From: a virus
Lineage: Duplodnaviria; Caudoviricetes
Virus record (IMG/VR): IMGVR_UViG_2687453464_000002
Span: 15,088-79,087 of that record
Direction: 5' to 3' (one strand)
Length of the DNA: 64,000 nucleotides
Shown in pieces: positions 10,155 to 20,322 of the stretch. Position 1 is the stretch's first letter. The number at the start of each line of letters is the position of its first letter. The notes beneath the pieces are model-generated. The model worked only from the letters and a program-made list of their open reading frames with translations. It was not told the origin of the DNA and did not search any database. Both the position numbers and the translations under genes were made by a program.

Positions 10155-10864
10155 TGCAAGGCTTACGTATAACTGTTACTGACGGCTTTAATAACCCACT
10201 CCTTAATCCTTCGGAAGTGGGTTCACCGTTATTGCTCGATACCAGCGTGGCATTGTACGAGATGCGCAGCATCTATGATCGAAGCCCAAACGGAAATCAC
10301 CTAATCTTAAATGAAATTATTATCGATGACTTGGGATTGGCCTGCGACGGAATTGTTGGACACAATGCAATGACAGGTATTTCAGAGCCGAGTGCCTTCA
10401 CTATTTTGGTAGCGATTAATGTACCGGCTGCACCACAAAAAACAGCACAAATATTTAGTTCCATAGCCGAGGCAGCATCTCCATTATCTGGCTGCAGACT
10501 TGCCATAACGACTACTGGAACATTAACAGCGTCTATTGGTTCTTCCCCTAGCGTTACAATTAGAGATTGTGGCGGCGCAATAGGTGGCTGGACTGTGTTT
10601 GCCATCAGCTATAGCGATGCTGGTATTTTTTGTTTGCGAATGAACGGTGATAAATATGCTGCGCCAGTAGTTGGAGATCGCAATTACGCCCGTAGGCCGA
10701 TGATCCTCGGCGGCGGCTATGTGGCTCCTCATGACATGGGTATTAATGGCCATATAGGGTTATTCAGCGTATACGAAGGGGCGTTAAGCGAATCAGAAAT
10801 GATGGCTCTGATCCAGAAAGGCAAAGATGTTATGAAGAAAGGCAAAGGCATTAACATCGGATAA
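10154..10864 (+). CDS. beta-rich protein, ConA/LamG-like fold (spike-associated)
   Basis: DRSPNGNHL and IGLFSVYEGALSESEM resemble LamG-3 termini; coupled to spike gene. Confidence 0.6.
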   Translation: MQGLRITVTDGFNNPLLNPSEVGSPLLLDTSVALYEMRSIYDRSPNGNHLILNEIIIDDLGLACDGIVGHNAMTGISEPSAFTILVAINVPAAPQKTAQIFSSIAEAASPLSGCRLAITTTGTLTASIGSSPSVTIRDCGGAIGGWTVFAISYSDAGIFCLRMNGDKYAAPVVGDRNYARRPMILGGGYVAPHDMGINGHIGLFSVYEGALSESEMMALIQKGKDVMKKGKGINIG

Positions 10865-10874
10865 TCTGGAGGTC

Positions 10875-11963
10875 ATGACCGTGAGCGAAAAAAAATTCAG
10901 CGCGTTGATCACCGATGCCGGCGCAGAAAAGCTGGCAAATGCCGCTGTTGCAGGCACGCCGGTAGCCATCAAGGAAATGGCCGTCGGCGATGGCGGCGGG
11001 CGCTTACCCCAGCCCAACGCAGCAAACGCCGGGCTGATCGGTGAGCAGTATCGTGGTGAGCTGAATAAACTGGTGATCGCTGACAGTGACGCCAGCGTCA
11101 TCGAAGCTGAAATGATCATGCCACCACAGATCGGCGGCTTCTGGCTGCGTGAGCTGGCGCTTTACGCCGAGGATGGCGAATGCGTCGCCGTCGGCAACAT
11201 GCCGGAAACCTACAAGCCATTGCTGGCAGAGGGTTCGGGCCGCTTCCAGATCATCAGGATGCAGCTGAAGGTTAGCAGCACGGCCGATGTGGAGGTGATT
11301 GCTGATCCGTCGGTTATTCTGGCTACTGCCGAGGACGTTAAGGGCGCGGAAGATGCAGCAAAAGATTATACGGACGAGGAATTGAGCAAGCTGGGCGAAA
11401 GCATGAAAAATGCCATCGCCGACGCAGTGAAAGGGGCTATTCGAGACGCTTGGGAACAGGATAACCCTGTCGGCACGTCGCGCCTATTCAATCAGAACGT
11501 GAACCCTAACGAGCGCTGGCCGTGGTCAAAATGGGAATACGCTGGCGAGCACTTGACGATCAGGACGGCAAAAGCGGACGGATCCGACATCGGCACCGAG
11601 GGTGGCAGCGACGCAGTGAGCATCACGCGTGCCAACCTACCGCAATCGGTGCTGAATGTATCGGGAACCACAAGCGAGCAAGGGGCGCAAACGCAGCAAA
11701 CAACGCCAGCTGGTAAGCACAAGCATCAGGGAGGAATGTCCGCGCCCGGAGAAGCGTGGGATGATGATTATATTGTCGGCTCTGACAACGACAGCCGCAG
11801 AACGCGCAACTACACCAGCGAGACTGAAGACCATATCCACGAAGTCACCGTGCCGGCTCACGTTCACACCGTTTGGGCGCAAACCGAAGCACTCGGCCAA
11901 GGGTTGGCGATCAGCATTGTCGAGCGCCACAAGCTGCAAATGTTGTGGCACCGCGTAGCATAA
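10875..11963 (+). CDS. H: short tail fibre gpH-like (DUF3751 N-terminus)
   Basis: MAVGDGGG, GGFWLRE, PETYKPLLAEGSGR; HxH tip motifs. Confidence 0.9.
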   Translation: MTVSEKKFSALITDAGAEKLANAAVAGTPVAIKEMAVGDGGGRLPQPNAANAGLIGEQYRGELNKLVIADSDASVIEAEMIMPPQIGGFWLRELALYAEDGECVAVGNMPETYKPLLAEGSGRFQIIRMQLKVSSTADVEVIADPSVILATAEDVKGAEDAAKDYTDEELSKLGESMKNAIADAVKGAIRDAWEQDNPVGTSRLFNQNVNPNERWPWSKWEYAGEHLTIRTAKADGSDIGTEGGSDAVSITRANLPQSVLNVSGTTSEQGAQTQQTTPAGKHKHQGGMSAPGEAWDDDYIVGSDNDSRRTRNYTSETEDHIHEVTVPAHVHTVWAQTEALGQGLAISIVERHKLQMLWHRVA

Positions 11964-11988
11964 GCCCCACTCAGGGGCTTCATTTTTT
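11962..11988 (+). terminator. rho-independent terminator after fibre gene
   Basis: AAGCCCC-actca-GGGGCTT followed by T run. Confidence 0.7.
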
Positions 11989-12072
11989 CCTGCAGCACAG
12001 CCATCTCTGACTGTGTTGGCCATACCGGCAAACATAGACACCCACAGCAAGACATCTGGCCATTGTGCCCAT

Positions 12073-12090
12073 TGTGCCAGCCGCCACACA
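12073..12090 (+). promoter_or_regulatory. Ogr-type activator site of late promoter pF
   Basis: TGT-N12-ACA (TGTGCCAGCCGCCACACA) upstream of FI. Confidence 0.75.
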
Positions 12091-12162
12091 ATGCCCAGCG
12101 CATGCACTCTACGTCATCAGCGAACACCATAGCGGAGAAACCTTAACCCGGAGATCCGCCCG

Positions 12163-13338
12163 ATGGCTGACGATTATCATCATGGCGTTCGTGTCCTCGA
12201 AATTAACGAGGGCACCCGCACAATCACAACAGTAAGCACCGCAATTGTGGGGATGGTCTGCACCGCCGACGATGCCGATGCTGCGGCCTTCCCGCTCAAC
12301 ACCCCTGTATTACTGACCGACGTTTTGGCCGCCAGCGGCAAGGCAGGCGAAACCGGCACCCTCGCCCGCTCCCTGGACGCCATCGCCGACCAGGCAAAAC
12401 CAGTTACCGTTGTTGTCCGCGTTGAACAAGGCGACACGGAGGCGGAAACCACAACCAACATCATCGGTGGCGTCGACGCAACCACCGGCAAGAAAACGGG
12501 CATGAAAGCCCTGCTGGCAGCGCAAAGCTTGTTAGGCGTGAAGCCGCGCATTCTGGGTGTTCCTGGTCACGACAGTAAGGCCGTCGCCACTGAATTGCTG
12601 TCAGTGGCACAAAGCCTGCGCGCATTCGCCTACCTGAGCGCCTATGGCTGCAAGACAGTTTCCGAAGCTATCGCGTATCGCGAGAACTTCAGCCAGCGCG
12701 AGGCCATGCTGATCTGGCCAGATTTCCTGAGCTGGGACTCTGTGTCCAATACAGACGCGACGGCGTTCGCTACCGCCCGCGCATTGGGGTTGCGCGCCAA
12801 AATTGACCAGCAGACCGGTTGGCATAAAACGCTATCAAACGTCGGCGTTAATGGCGTAACCGGCATCAGTGCAGATGTGTTTTGGGACCTGCAGGACAGC
12901 GCCACCGATGCCAATCTGCTGAACAAGAACGATGTCACCACACTGATCCGCAAGGATGGCTATAAGTTCTGGGGCTCTCGCACCTGTTCCGATGATCCAT
13001 TGTTCCAATTTGAAAACTACACCCGCACTGCGCAGGTGTTGGCGGACACAATGGCAGAGGCGCACATGTGGGCCGTTGACATGCCACTGCACCCGTCACT
13101 GGCCAAAGATATCCTGGAAGGCATCAAGGCCAAATTCCGTGAGCTGAAATCAGCCGGCTACATCATCGACGGCAACGCCTGGATTGATGACGCAGCGAAC
13201 GATAAAGACACGCTGAAAGCCGGGAAGTTGGTCATTGATTACGACTATACGCCGGTCCCACCGCTGGAAAACCTGCTGTTACGCCAGCGCATCACTGATC
13301 AGTACCTGGTCAATTTCACCCAGAACGTGAACAGCTAA
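12163..13338 (+). CDS. FI: tail sheath protein FI
   Basis: [40 protein letters not shown]. Confidence 0.97.
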   Translation: MADDYHHGVRVLEINEGTRTITTVSTAIVGMVCTADDADAAAFPLNTPVLLTDVLAASGKAGETGTLARSLDAIADQAKPVTVVVRVEQGDTEAETTTNIIGGVDATTGKKTGMKALLAAQSLLGVKPRILGVPGHDSKAVATELLSVAQSLRAFAYLSAYGCKTVSEAIAYRENFSQREAMLIWPDFLSWDSVSNTDATAFATARALGLRAKIDQQTGWHKTLSNVGVNGVTGISADVFWDLQDSATDANLLNKNDVTTLIRKDGYKFWGSRTCSDDPLFQFENYTRTAQVLADTMAEAHMWAVDMPLHPSLAKDILEGIKAKFRELKSAGYIIDGNAWIDDAANDKDTLKAGKLVIDYDYTPVPPLENLLLRQRITDQYLVNFTQNVNS

Positions 13339-13348
13339 GGGGCACGCA

Positions 13349-13864
13349 ATGGCATTACCACGCAAATTGAAATACCTGAACCTCTTCAATGAGGGGAACA
13401 ACTGGCAGGGGATCGTTGAATCACTGACGCTGCCAAAGCTGACGCGCAAGCTTGAGAACTACCGCGGCGGCGGCATGAGCGGTAGCGCCAAAGTCGATCT
13501 GGGGTTGGATGACGACGCGCTTGATATTGAATGGACAATTGGCGGCATCGAAGCACTGCCGATTAGGCAAATGGGCGTCGCAAAACTGGATGGCGTCATG
13601 CTGCGTTATACCGGCTCAATTCAGCGCGACGACACCGGCGAAGTGCAGGCGGTCGAAGCGGTGATCCGCGGCCGTCATAAAGAGCTGGATTTTGGCGAGC
13701 ACAAGCAGGGCGAAAACTCGACCACCAAAATTTCTACCGCCGTGACCTACTTCAAGTTGACCATCGCTGGCGAGGAAATTTGCGAGATAGACACGGTGAA
13801 CATGGTCGAAAGCTTTGGCGGCGTCGATCGTCTGGCTGAACACCGCCAGGCCATCGGCCTGTAA
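13349..13864 (+). CDS. FII: tail tube protein FII
   Basis: MALPRKLKYLNLF, YRGGGM. Confidence 0.97.
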   Translation: MALPRKLKYLNLFNEGNNWQGIVESLTLPKLTRKLENYRGGGMSGSAKVDLGLDDDALDIEWTIGGIEALPIRQMGVAKLDGVMLRYTGSIQRDDTGEVQAVEAVIRGRHKELDFGEHKQGENSTTKISTAVTYFKLTIAGEEICEIDTVNMVESFGGVDRLAEHRQAIGL

Positions 13865-13924
13865 TTCCTTTGGTGCCGGAACGTCGGCGCCCTCTTCTTT
13901 CTAAAAATCGTGGAGCACAACCAA

Positions 13925-14215
13925 ATGACCGAACCGACCAAGGTGACACTGGACACCCCAATTCAGCGCGGCAAGACCGAAATCGCCGAGATCACCCTAA
14001 CCAAGCCGCAGTCTGGCGCGCTGCGTGGTGTGAAGCTGGCCGACCTGCTGGAAATGGATTATTCCGCGGTGGCGACCGTCTTGCCGCGAGTTTCCACACC
14101 CTCACTGACGCAGCAGGAAATCAGCGAAATGGATCCGGCTGACTTTACGCAGCTGGCGGGCGGCATCGTCAGTTTTTTGTTGCCGAAATCGGCGCTGGAA
14201 TCCCGGCCGGCTTAA
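13925..14215 (+). CDS. E: tail assembly chaperone gpE
   Basis: VTLDTPIQRG, GALRG, LPRVSTPSLT. Confidence 0.92.
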   Translation: MTEPTKVTLDTPIQRGKTEIAEITLTKPQSGALRGVKLADLLEMDYSAVATVLPRVSTPSLTQQEISEMDPADFTQLAGGIVSFLLPKSALESRPA

Positions 14216-14349
14216 CCGTTGAAGACCTGATGGCGGATATTGCCGCCATCTTCCACTGGCCGCCGTCGGAAATGTACCCGTTCACCTTAACCGAACTTTG
14301 GGACTGGCGGCACCGGGCACTGATTCGAAGCGGAGAAAGTGATGAGTGA
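14173..14349 (+). CDS. gpE' extension reached by programmed -1 frameshift (E+E')
   Basis: Slippery TTTTTTG at 14173..14179; -1 frame encodes LMADIAAIFHWPPSEM...W as in P2 E'. Confidence 0.85.
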   Translation, partial: FFVAEIGAGIPAGLTVEDLMADIAAIFHWPPSEMYPFTLTELWDWRHRALIRSGESDE

Positions 14350-16885
14350 CCGCAATCTAAGACTGCAGGTTATCCTGAACGCGGTGGACAAAATCACCCG
14401 CCCCTTTAAGACCATGCAGGCCAGCAATAAAGCGCTGGCCGCTGCCGTCAAAAATTCCCGTGATGAACTGAAGCGACTGGGCGCCGCCGGCGACCAGGTG
14501 AACACCTTCAATTCGTTGCAGGCGTCCATTAAGAAAACAGCCGACGAGCTGGCCGGCGCCAAGCTGAAAGCCCAGATGATGACGCGTGAAATGGGCGCGC
14601 TTGAGAACCCCACCAAAAAGCAGACAAAAGCCCTAGAGGATCAGTGGCGCGCGGTAGACCGACTGGAGCAAAGGCAAAAAAGCGAAGTCGCTCAAATGGG
14701 CCGGGTGCGCTCCGAGCTTTACCGCATGGGGGTATCTGCCACCGATGGCGCCGGTGCTACAAACAGAATCGCCAACGAAACAGCCCGCTATAACCGGCTG
14801 CTGCAGGAGCAGGAGCGCCAACTAAAACGCGCTGGCGAGCAACAGCGCAGAATGAACGACGCAAAAGCGCAATATGAAAAAACCAGAGAGCTGAGAAACA
14901 ACATCGCGGGAACGGGGGCGGCAACTATTGCATCAGGGGTGGCTATGGGTGCCCCTGTTTTAGCGGCAGTGAAAAGCTATAGCTCTATTGAAGACGCGAT
15001 GAAAGGCGTGGCTAAACAGGTTAACCCATTATTGGACGATAACGGTAAACGCACAGCCAAATACCACGAAATGCAGCAAGCAATAAAGGCGGCATCAGAG
15101 CAACTCCCAATGGAAAACGGTGCTGCAGATTTCGCTGCATTAGTGGAGGGCGGTGCTCGAATGGGGGTATCGAGCGATAAGGATCCATGGCAAAAACAGA
15201 AAGCTGATTTACTTTCTTTCGCCGCAACATCTGCCAAGGCTGCAAAGGCTTTCGAATTACCCGCCGATCAACTTGCCGATGATTTGGGGAAAATAGCATT
15301 CCTCTATCATGTGCCAACTCAAAGGATCGAAGAACTCGGCGACGCCCTGAACTACTTAGACGACAACGCACAATCAAAAGGCGCTGATATTATTAACGTT
15401 CTTCAGCGCATGGGCGATGTTGCCGATAAGTTGAATTATAAACAAGCCGCTGCACTGGCTTCGACGTTCCTCTCCCTGGGGACACAACCAGAAGTGGCGG
15501 CATCAGCCAGTAAGGCAATGGTGCGTGAGTTGGGCATTGCTTCAATGCAAGGCAAGCGTTTCATTCAGGGAATGAGCCTATTAGGGCTAAATGCCAAGGA
15601 CTTGGAAAAAGGCATAGCGACGAATGCAATAGGCACAATTAGAGATGTCCTATCACGCATCAAGAAACTGCCGGCCTCGCAACACTTAAGCGCAATGACA
15701 ATGCTTTTTGGCAAAGAGTTTGGCGACGACGCTGCCAAGTTAGCAAATAACATTGGCGAATTAGATCGCCAGTTGGCGTTGGTCGAGGGTGGCCAGGCCA
15801 AGGGGTCTATGCAGAGGGAATCGAATATCGATAAAGATTCTTTGTCCTCCCAATTTCTTCTGCTCAAGACCACCGCAAAAAACATGTTTAGTGATCTGGG
15901 CGAGCCTTTGCGTAAGCCACTGATGGACGTGAACGACTGGTTTAAACGTGGAATTGGATGGGCTCGGAAATTTATTGAAGCCCACCCAAAGCTGGCTGCA
16001 GCGTTTGTTAAGACGGCGGCGGTTGTTACGCTGGTTACGGTTGCACTTGGTGGGATGATGATTGGAGTTGCAGCAATCCTTGGGCCATTCGCCCTGCTGC
16101 GGTTTTCTCTGACAATGTTGGGAATTAAGGGGCCATCGGTGATGGGCATGTTGGCCAGGTCCATAAAAGGCGTGGGTACTGCCATTATCTGGGTAGGCCG
16201 AATGATGTTAGCAAACCCCATCCTTGCTGTGGCTGCAGCCATCGCAGCAGCAGCACTCTACATCTGGATGAATTGGGACACATTAGGCCCGAAAATCAAA
16301 AAACTATGGGACAACATCAGTGCATATACCAGCGAGAAATGGCAGGCCATCAAAGATTACATTTCGGGTGTTTGGACCAGCATAAGCGCCAAAACCAGCG
16401 AAACTTGGGAAGAAATAAAACGGGCGGCCAGTAGCGCAGCTGAGAAAATTGGTATTGGCCTGAAGCGAGGATTGGACGTCATTACCGCCCCGCTGCGCGC
16501 CGTCATGGATGGCTTTAAATGGCTGCTTGAAAAGCTGGACCTGTTGCCGCAAAAAAACGAGGCATTAGCCCAAACGAATGAGCTACTGAAAAATAACCCC
16601 ATAGCCAAGAAATATGGCTCGGTCGGAGAGCCGGCGCCAACAGGTTACACGGCCAATGATATGGCTATTCGTTTTACTGGCTCCAGCATGAAGCCAGTTA
16701 AGGCACCAAGCGGCGGCAACTTTTACTACCAGCCGAAGATCGATCTCAGTGTTGACGCCAGGAACAACCAGAACGGCAAAGCCGTTGCAACAGATGCAGT
16801 GAAAGCGCTCCGGGAGCACATGCAAAAAGACGCGGCCAAGGCGCGCAGTAATTTTTCTGATCGAGAGCTGGGGTGGGAATTATGA
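14342..16885 (+). CDS. T: tail tape measure protein
   Basis: Long helical protein after E/E', LQVILNAVDKITRP N-terminus. Confidence 0.95.
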   Translation: MSDRNLRLQVILNAVDKITRPFKTMQASNKALAAAVKNSRDELKRLGAAGDQVNTFNSLQASIKKTADELAGAKLKAQMMTREMGALENPTKKQTKALEDQWRAVDRLEQRQKSEVAQMGRVRSELYRMGVSATDGAGATNRIANETARYNRLLQEQERQLKRAGEQQRRMNDAKAQYEKTRELRNNIAGTGAATIASGVAMGAPVLAAVKSYSSIEDAMKGVAKQVNPLLDDNGKRTAKYHEMQQAIKAASEQLPMENGAADFAALVEGGARMGVSSDKDPWQKQKADLLSFAATSAKAAKAFELPADQLADDLGKIAFLYHVPTQRIEELGDALNYLDDNAQSKGADIINVLQRMGDVADKLNYKQAAALASTFLSLGTQPEVAASASKAMVRELGIASMQGKRFIQGMSLLGLNAKDLEKGIATNAIGTIRDVLSRIKKLPASQHLSAMTMLFGKEFGDDAAKLANNIGELDRQLALVEGGQAKGSMQRESNIDKDSLSSQFLLLKTTAKNMFSDLGEPLRKPLMDVNDWFKRGIGWARKFIEAHPKLAAAFVKTAAVVTLVTVALGGMMIGVAAILGPFALLRFSLTMLGIKGPSVMGMLARSIKGVGTAIIWVGRMMLANPILAVAAAIAAAALYIWMNWDTLGPKIKKLWDNISAYTSEKWQAIKDYISGVWTSISAKTSETWEEIKRAASSAAEKIGIGLKRGLDVITAPLRAVMDGFKWLLEKLDLLPQKNEALAQTNELLKNNPIAKKYGSVGEPAPTGYTANDMAIRFTGSSMKPVKAPSGGNFYYQPKIDLSVDARNNQNGKAVATDAVKALREHMQKDAAKARSNFSDRELGWEL

Positions 16886-17346
16886 TGATGGCACTCGGGT
16901 TATACGTCTTTATGCTTGAAACGGTCCCCTATCAGGAGCTGCAGCATCAAATGGCCTGGCGCTATCCGACCAACAATCGCGTTGGGAAACGGCCGTCAGC
17001 GCAATATGTGGGCCCAGAAAACGACACCATTACACTAAGTGGTGTGCTGCTGCCGGAGATCACCGGCGGCCGCCTGTCATTGTTGGCCCTGCAAACAATC
17101 GCCGATCTCGGCAAGGCGTGGTCTTTGCTGGATGGCAGTGGGACCATTTACGGGATGTTTGTCATTGAAGGGCTAGATCTTAACAAGTCCGTATTTTTCA
17201 AGGATGGCGGCGCCAGGCGCATTGAGTTCACGCTTAAGTTGAAGCGCGTAGATGATGACCTGGGCACCATGCTCGGCGACCTGCAGGAGCAACTGAGCAT
17301 CATGAAAGATCAGGCGGCAACAGCTATTGGAGGGCTTCTTTCATGA
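16882..17346 (+). CDS. U: tail protein gpU
   Basis: MMALGLYVF, ITLSGVLLPEITGG, IEFTLKLKRVD. Confidence 0.95.
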   Translation: MMMALGLYVFMLETVPYQELQHQMAWRYPTNNRVGKRPSAQYVGPENDTITLSGVLLPEITGGRLSLLALQTIADLGKAWSLLDGSGTIYGMFVIEGLDLNKSVFFKDGGARRIEFTLKLKRVDDDLGTMLGDLQEQLSIMKDQAATAIGGLLS

Positions 17347-18440
17347 ACACTCCAGACTGGTTAAGCGGCCGGGATAGCACACCCGCATTCAAGATCACTC
17401 TTAATGGCAAGGATATAACCACAAGACTTGAAAGCCGGCTGATATCCCTCACGTTGACAGACAACCGCGGATTCGAGGCGGATCAGCTTGATATCGAACT
17501 TGACGATGCCGATGGCGCTGTTGATCTGCCTTCGCGCGGTGTCCAATTGGAGCTGCAATTGGGCTGGAAAGGCGAACCAATGATCAATAAAGGCGCCTTC
17601 ACCATTGATGAGATTGGCCATTCCGGCGCGCCTGACAAGGTGACACTGCGCGGCAGAAGCGCCGACTTCAGGAACACGCTTAATATCAAGCGTGAAAAGT
17701 CATATTCAAAAACCACCATCGGCGAGATCGTTAAACAATTTGCAGCCCGCCATAAACTGGAGCAGGCCATCAGTCCGCAAATGGCCGCCATGACTATCGA
17801 CCACATCGACCAAACGAATGAATCAGATGGCAGCTTCCTGATGCGCCTGGCGCGCCGCGTAGGTGCGATTGCTGCAGTAAAATATGGAAGACTGCTATTC
17901 ATCAAGCAGGGCCAAGGCGTGAACGCCAGCGGCAAGCCGTTGCCGGCAATGACAATCGTGCGCGCTGACGGCGATGAGCACCAATTCACCCTGGCCGACA
18001 GAGATGCCTATACCGGCGTTTCAGCCAGTTGGCTCGACACAAAAACGGCAAAACCACAAACGGTAAAGGTAAAGAGGAAGCGCAAGCGTAAGACGACCAC
18101 CACAAAAGTGCCAGCCCAAGATAAACAGGGAGAATACCTGGTAGGCACCGACGATAACGTTTATGTATTGAGTCGGACCTACGCAAATGCGTCCAACGCT
18201 CGCCGGGCAGCCAAGGCAAACTGGGAACGAATCCAACGCGGTGCCGCGCAATTCTCAATTACGCTGGCCAAGGGCCGGGCAGAGCTTTACCCGGAAGTAC
18301 CGGTATCAGTAAAGGGTTTCAAGCGTCAGATCGACGCTGCAAACTGGACGATTACAACGGTAACGCACACAGTGGCAGATGGCGGATTTACCACGGCACT
18401 GGAGCTTGAAGTGAAGATAACCGATCTCGATATGGAGTGA
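17343..18440 (+). CDS. D: late control/baseplate hub protein gpD
   Basis: LTDNRGFEADQLDIELDD, HIDQTNESD. Confidence 0.95.
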   Translation: MNTPDWLSGRDSTPAFKITLNGKDITTRLESRLISLTLTDNRGFEADQLDIELDDADGAVDLPSRGVQLELQLGWKGEPMINKGAFTIDEIGHSGAPDKVTLRGRSADFRNTLNIKREKSYSKTTIGEIVKQFAARHKLEQAISPQMAAMTIDHIDQTNESDGSFLMRLARRVGAIAAVKYGRLLFIKQGQGVNASGKPLPAMTIVRADGDEHQFTLADRDAYTGVSASWLDTKTAKPQTVKVKRKRKRKTTTTKVPAQDKQGEYLVGTDDNVYVLSRTYANASNARRAAKANWERIQRGAAQFSITLAKGRAELYPEVPVSVKGFKRQIDAANWTITTVTHTVADGGFTTALELEVKITDLDME

Positions 18441-18513
18441 TTTGCAAGTTTAATATTTGCTTTTTCAAACACCGTGCTATTGTATGTATATCGATACAGT
18501 AGAGGCTAATATC

Positions 18514-18732
18514 ATGATGCGATGCCCTTTGTGTGGCCATGCAGCGCACACCCGCAGTAGTAACGAAGTGACAGCAACAACAAAAGAGCGTTACAACCAA
18601 TGCACAAACGTGAATTGCAGTCATGTCTTTATCACGATGGAAACTTTTGTGCGCTCCATTGTTAAGCCCGGTCAGGTTGACCCGGCGCCACCGCACCCAT
18701 CCAAGTCTGGCCAAACCGCCCTGCACTTCTAA
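18514..18732 (+). CDS. ogr: late transcription activator Ogr/Delta
   Basis: MMRCPLCGHAAHTRSS...YNQCTNVNCSHVF zinc finger. Confidence 0.96.
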   Translation: MMRCPLCGHAAHTRSSNEVTATTKERYNQCTNVNCSHVFITMETFVRSIVKPGQVDPAPPHPSKSGQTALHF

Positions 18733-18736
18733 CCAT

Positions 18737-18760
18737 AAACCCGCCGCCGGCGGGTTTTTT
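18737..18760 (+). terminator. rho-independent terminator after ogr
   Basis: AAACCCGCC-gcc-GGCGGGTTTTTT. Confidence 0.8.
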
Positions 18761-18798
18761 GATCCATGTTTGAACCAGCCGCACACAAACATTGAATA

Positions 18799-18814
18799 CT
18801 GTTATTATATACAG
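18799..18814. promoter_or_regulatory. LexA (SOS) box upstream of integrase
   Basis: CTGTTATTATATACAG = CTGT-N8-ACAG, inside a 12-bp perfect inverted repeat (18791..18822). Confidence 0.8.
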
Positions 18815-18851
18815 TATTCAATATGTAATTTGGTTCACTGGATCTACGAGT

Positions 18852-19940
18852 ATGACCGTAAGAAAATTGAGCACCGGCAAGTGGCTGTGCGAGTTCTATC
18901 ACAACGGGAGGGGCGGCAAGCGTACCCGTAAGCAATTCGCCACCAAGGGGGAGGCGCTCGCCTTCGAGAGCTATCAGCTAGACCAGGCGAAGGCCAAGCC
19001 TTGGCTGGGCGATAAGGAAGACAAGCGAAAACTTAGCGAGTTGATCGATCTGTGGTACAGGCTGCATGGCTGCTCGCTAAATGACAAAAAAGGCCGACTT
19101 GGCAAATTGGTCATTATCTGTAACGGCATGGGTGATCCGGTAGCGTCGGAGATTACCCCACGGGATTGGGCCCATTATCGCGATCAGCGGTTGCGCGGAG
19201 AAATCGATAACGGCTATAGCACCAGTCTTGAAACAAGGAAGGTCAGCACGGGAACGGTTAACTGTGAACAAGCTTTTTTGCGGGCTGTATTCAACGAATT
19301 AAAAAGATTGGGGGAATGGTCTTTGCCGAACCCCCTGGAAAATATCAGGGAGTTCGATCAGCCAGAAAAGGAAATGGCATGGCTGAACAATGAGAAAATA
19401 AAAGCACTGATAAACGCCTGCCATACTCATGGCAACCCAGAGCTAACACTCATCGTAAAGATATGCCTCTCAACTGGCGCCAGATGGAATGAGGTCGCAA
19501 AACTAAGGCCATCGCAGATATCAAAATATAAAATCACGTATACCAACACCAAAGGGAAGAAAAACAGAACGGTCCCCATCTCGAAAGAATTATATGACGA
19601 GCTCACAATACTGGATGAAAAGGAGTTTGATCCTTGCTACAAGCAATTTTATCGAGTTCTGCGACTGGCGAATATAACCTTGCCAGAAGGACAAATGACG
19701 CATGTGCTCCGCCATACCTTTGCTAGCCACTTCATGATGGGTGGGGGGAATATCATAGTCTTGCAGCGCATCCTTGGGCACTCAGATATCAGGGTAACGA
19801 TGCGCTACGCCCATTTCGCGCCAGACCATTTAGAGGAGGCAATAGCGCTCAACCCACTGACACAGACGTACAAGGACAGTGGCGGCAAAGTGGCGACAGA
19901 GGAAGAAAAAGGGTGTAATACGGTAGAACAGGAGGCGTGA
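18852..19940 (+). CDS. int: tyrosine integrase, P2/186/HP1 type
   Basis: TGARWNE, HVLRHTFASHFMM, LGHSDIRVTMRYAH. Confidence 0.96.
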   Translation: MTVRKLSTGKWLCEFYHNGRGGKRTRKQFATKGEALAFESYQLDQAKAKPWLGDKEDKRKLSELIDLWYRLHGCSLNDKKGRLGKLVIICNGMGDPVASEITPRDWAHYRDQRLRGEIDNGYSTSLETRKVSTGTVNCEQAFLRAVFNELKRLGEWSLPNPLENIREFDQPEKEMAWLNNEKIKALINACHTHGNPELTLIVKICLSTGARWNEVAKLRPSQISKYKITYTNTKGKKNRTVPISKELYDELTILDEKEFDPCYKQFYRVLRLANITLPEGQMTHVLRHTFASHFMMGGGNIIVLQRILGHSDIRVTMRYAHFAPDHLEEAIALNPLTQTYKDSGGKVATEEEKGCNTVEQEA

Positions 19941-19985
19941 TAAGTGGTTGTTTTGTTTGTAAGTTACTGTTTTAAAATGATAAAC

Positions 19986-20009
19986 AAAAAAAGACCGAAT
20001 ACGATTCCT
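19986..20009 (+). repeat. att core shared by both prophages (left copy)
   Basis: AAAAAAAGACCGAATACGATTCCT identical to 63421..63444; AGTGGCGRCA repeats (19878..19898) on one side and AATTCGG repeats (20137..20154) on the other look like arm sites. Confidence 0.92.
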
Positions 20010-20322
20010 TTTTACGCAACCAATGGTAAATAAGCTTAAATATCAAAACATTAACGTCATATCAAGCATACTCACACCTAGCAACACCTTGCATTTCCTT
20101 CCAATAAAATCATGTAGTTATAAATTTCCCCGTTTCAATTCGGAAAAAATTCGGTAAAACAAACGTCAGAATTAATATGATACCGGGCATCGTAATTCAC
20201 CGGTCATATATGTCTACTTTACTACAGCTCAACACTTACTGAGTGTAGTAGAAATGAAAGAACAAGTTGTTGACTTGCAAAACAGCTTGTTTAACCTCCC
20301 GGGTATACCCAGGAGGCTCGTA

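Larger units (their letters stand above)
1..20009 (+). mobile_element. P2/186-like prophage (right-hand part; left end outside window)
   Basis: P2 gene order O-N-M-L-X-lysis-R-S-V-W-J-I-(spike)-H-FI-FII-E-T-U-D-ogr-int, ending at att core 19986..20009. Confidence 0.95.

Noticed and set aside
8180-11963. DGR or invertase-driven tail fibre variation
   Set aside because: No reverse transcriptase, invertase or template/variable repeat pair seen in either prophage
18484-18499. LexA-like site upstream of ogr (ATGTATATCGATACAG)
   Set aside because: Lacks the invariant 5' C of CTG; too weak to call
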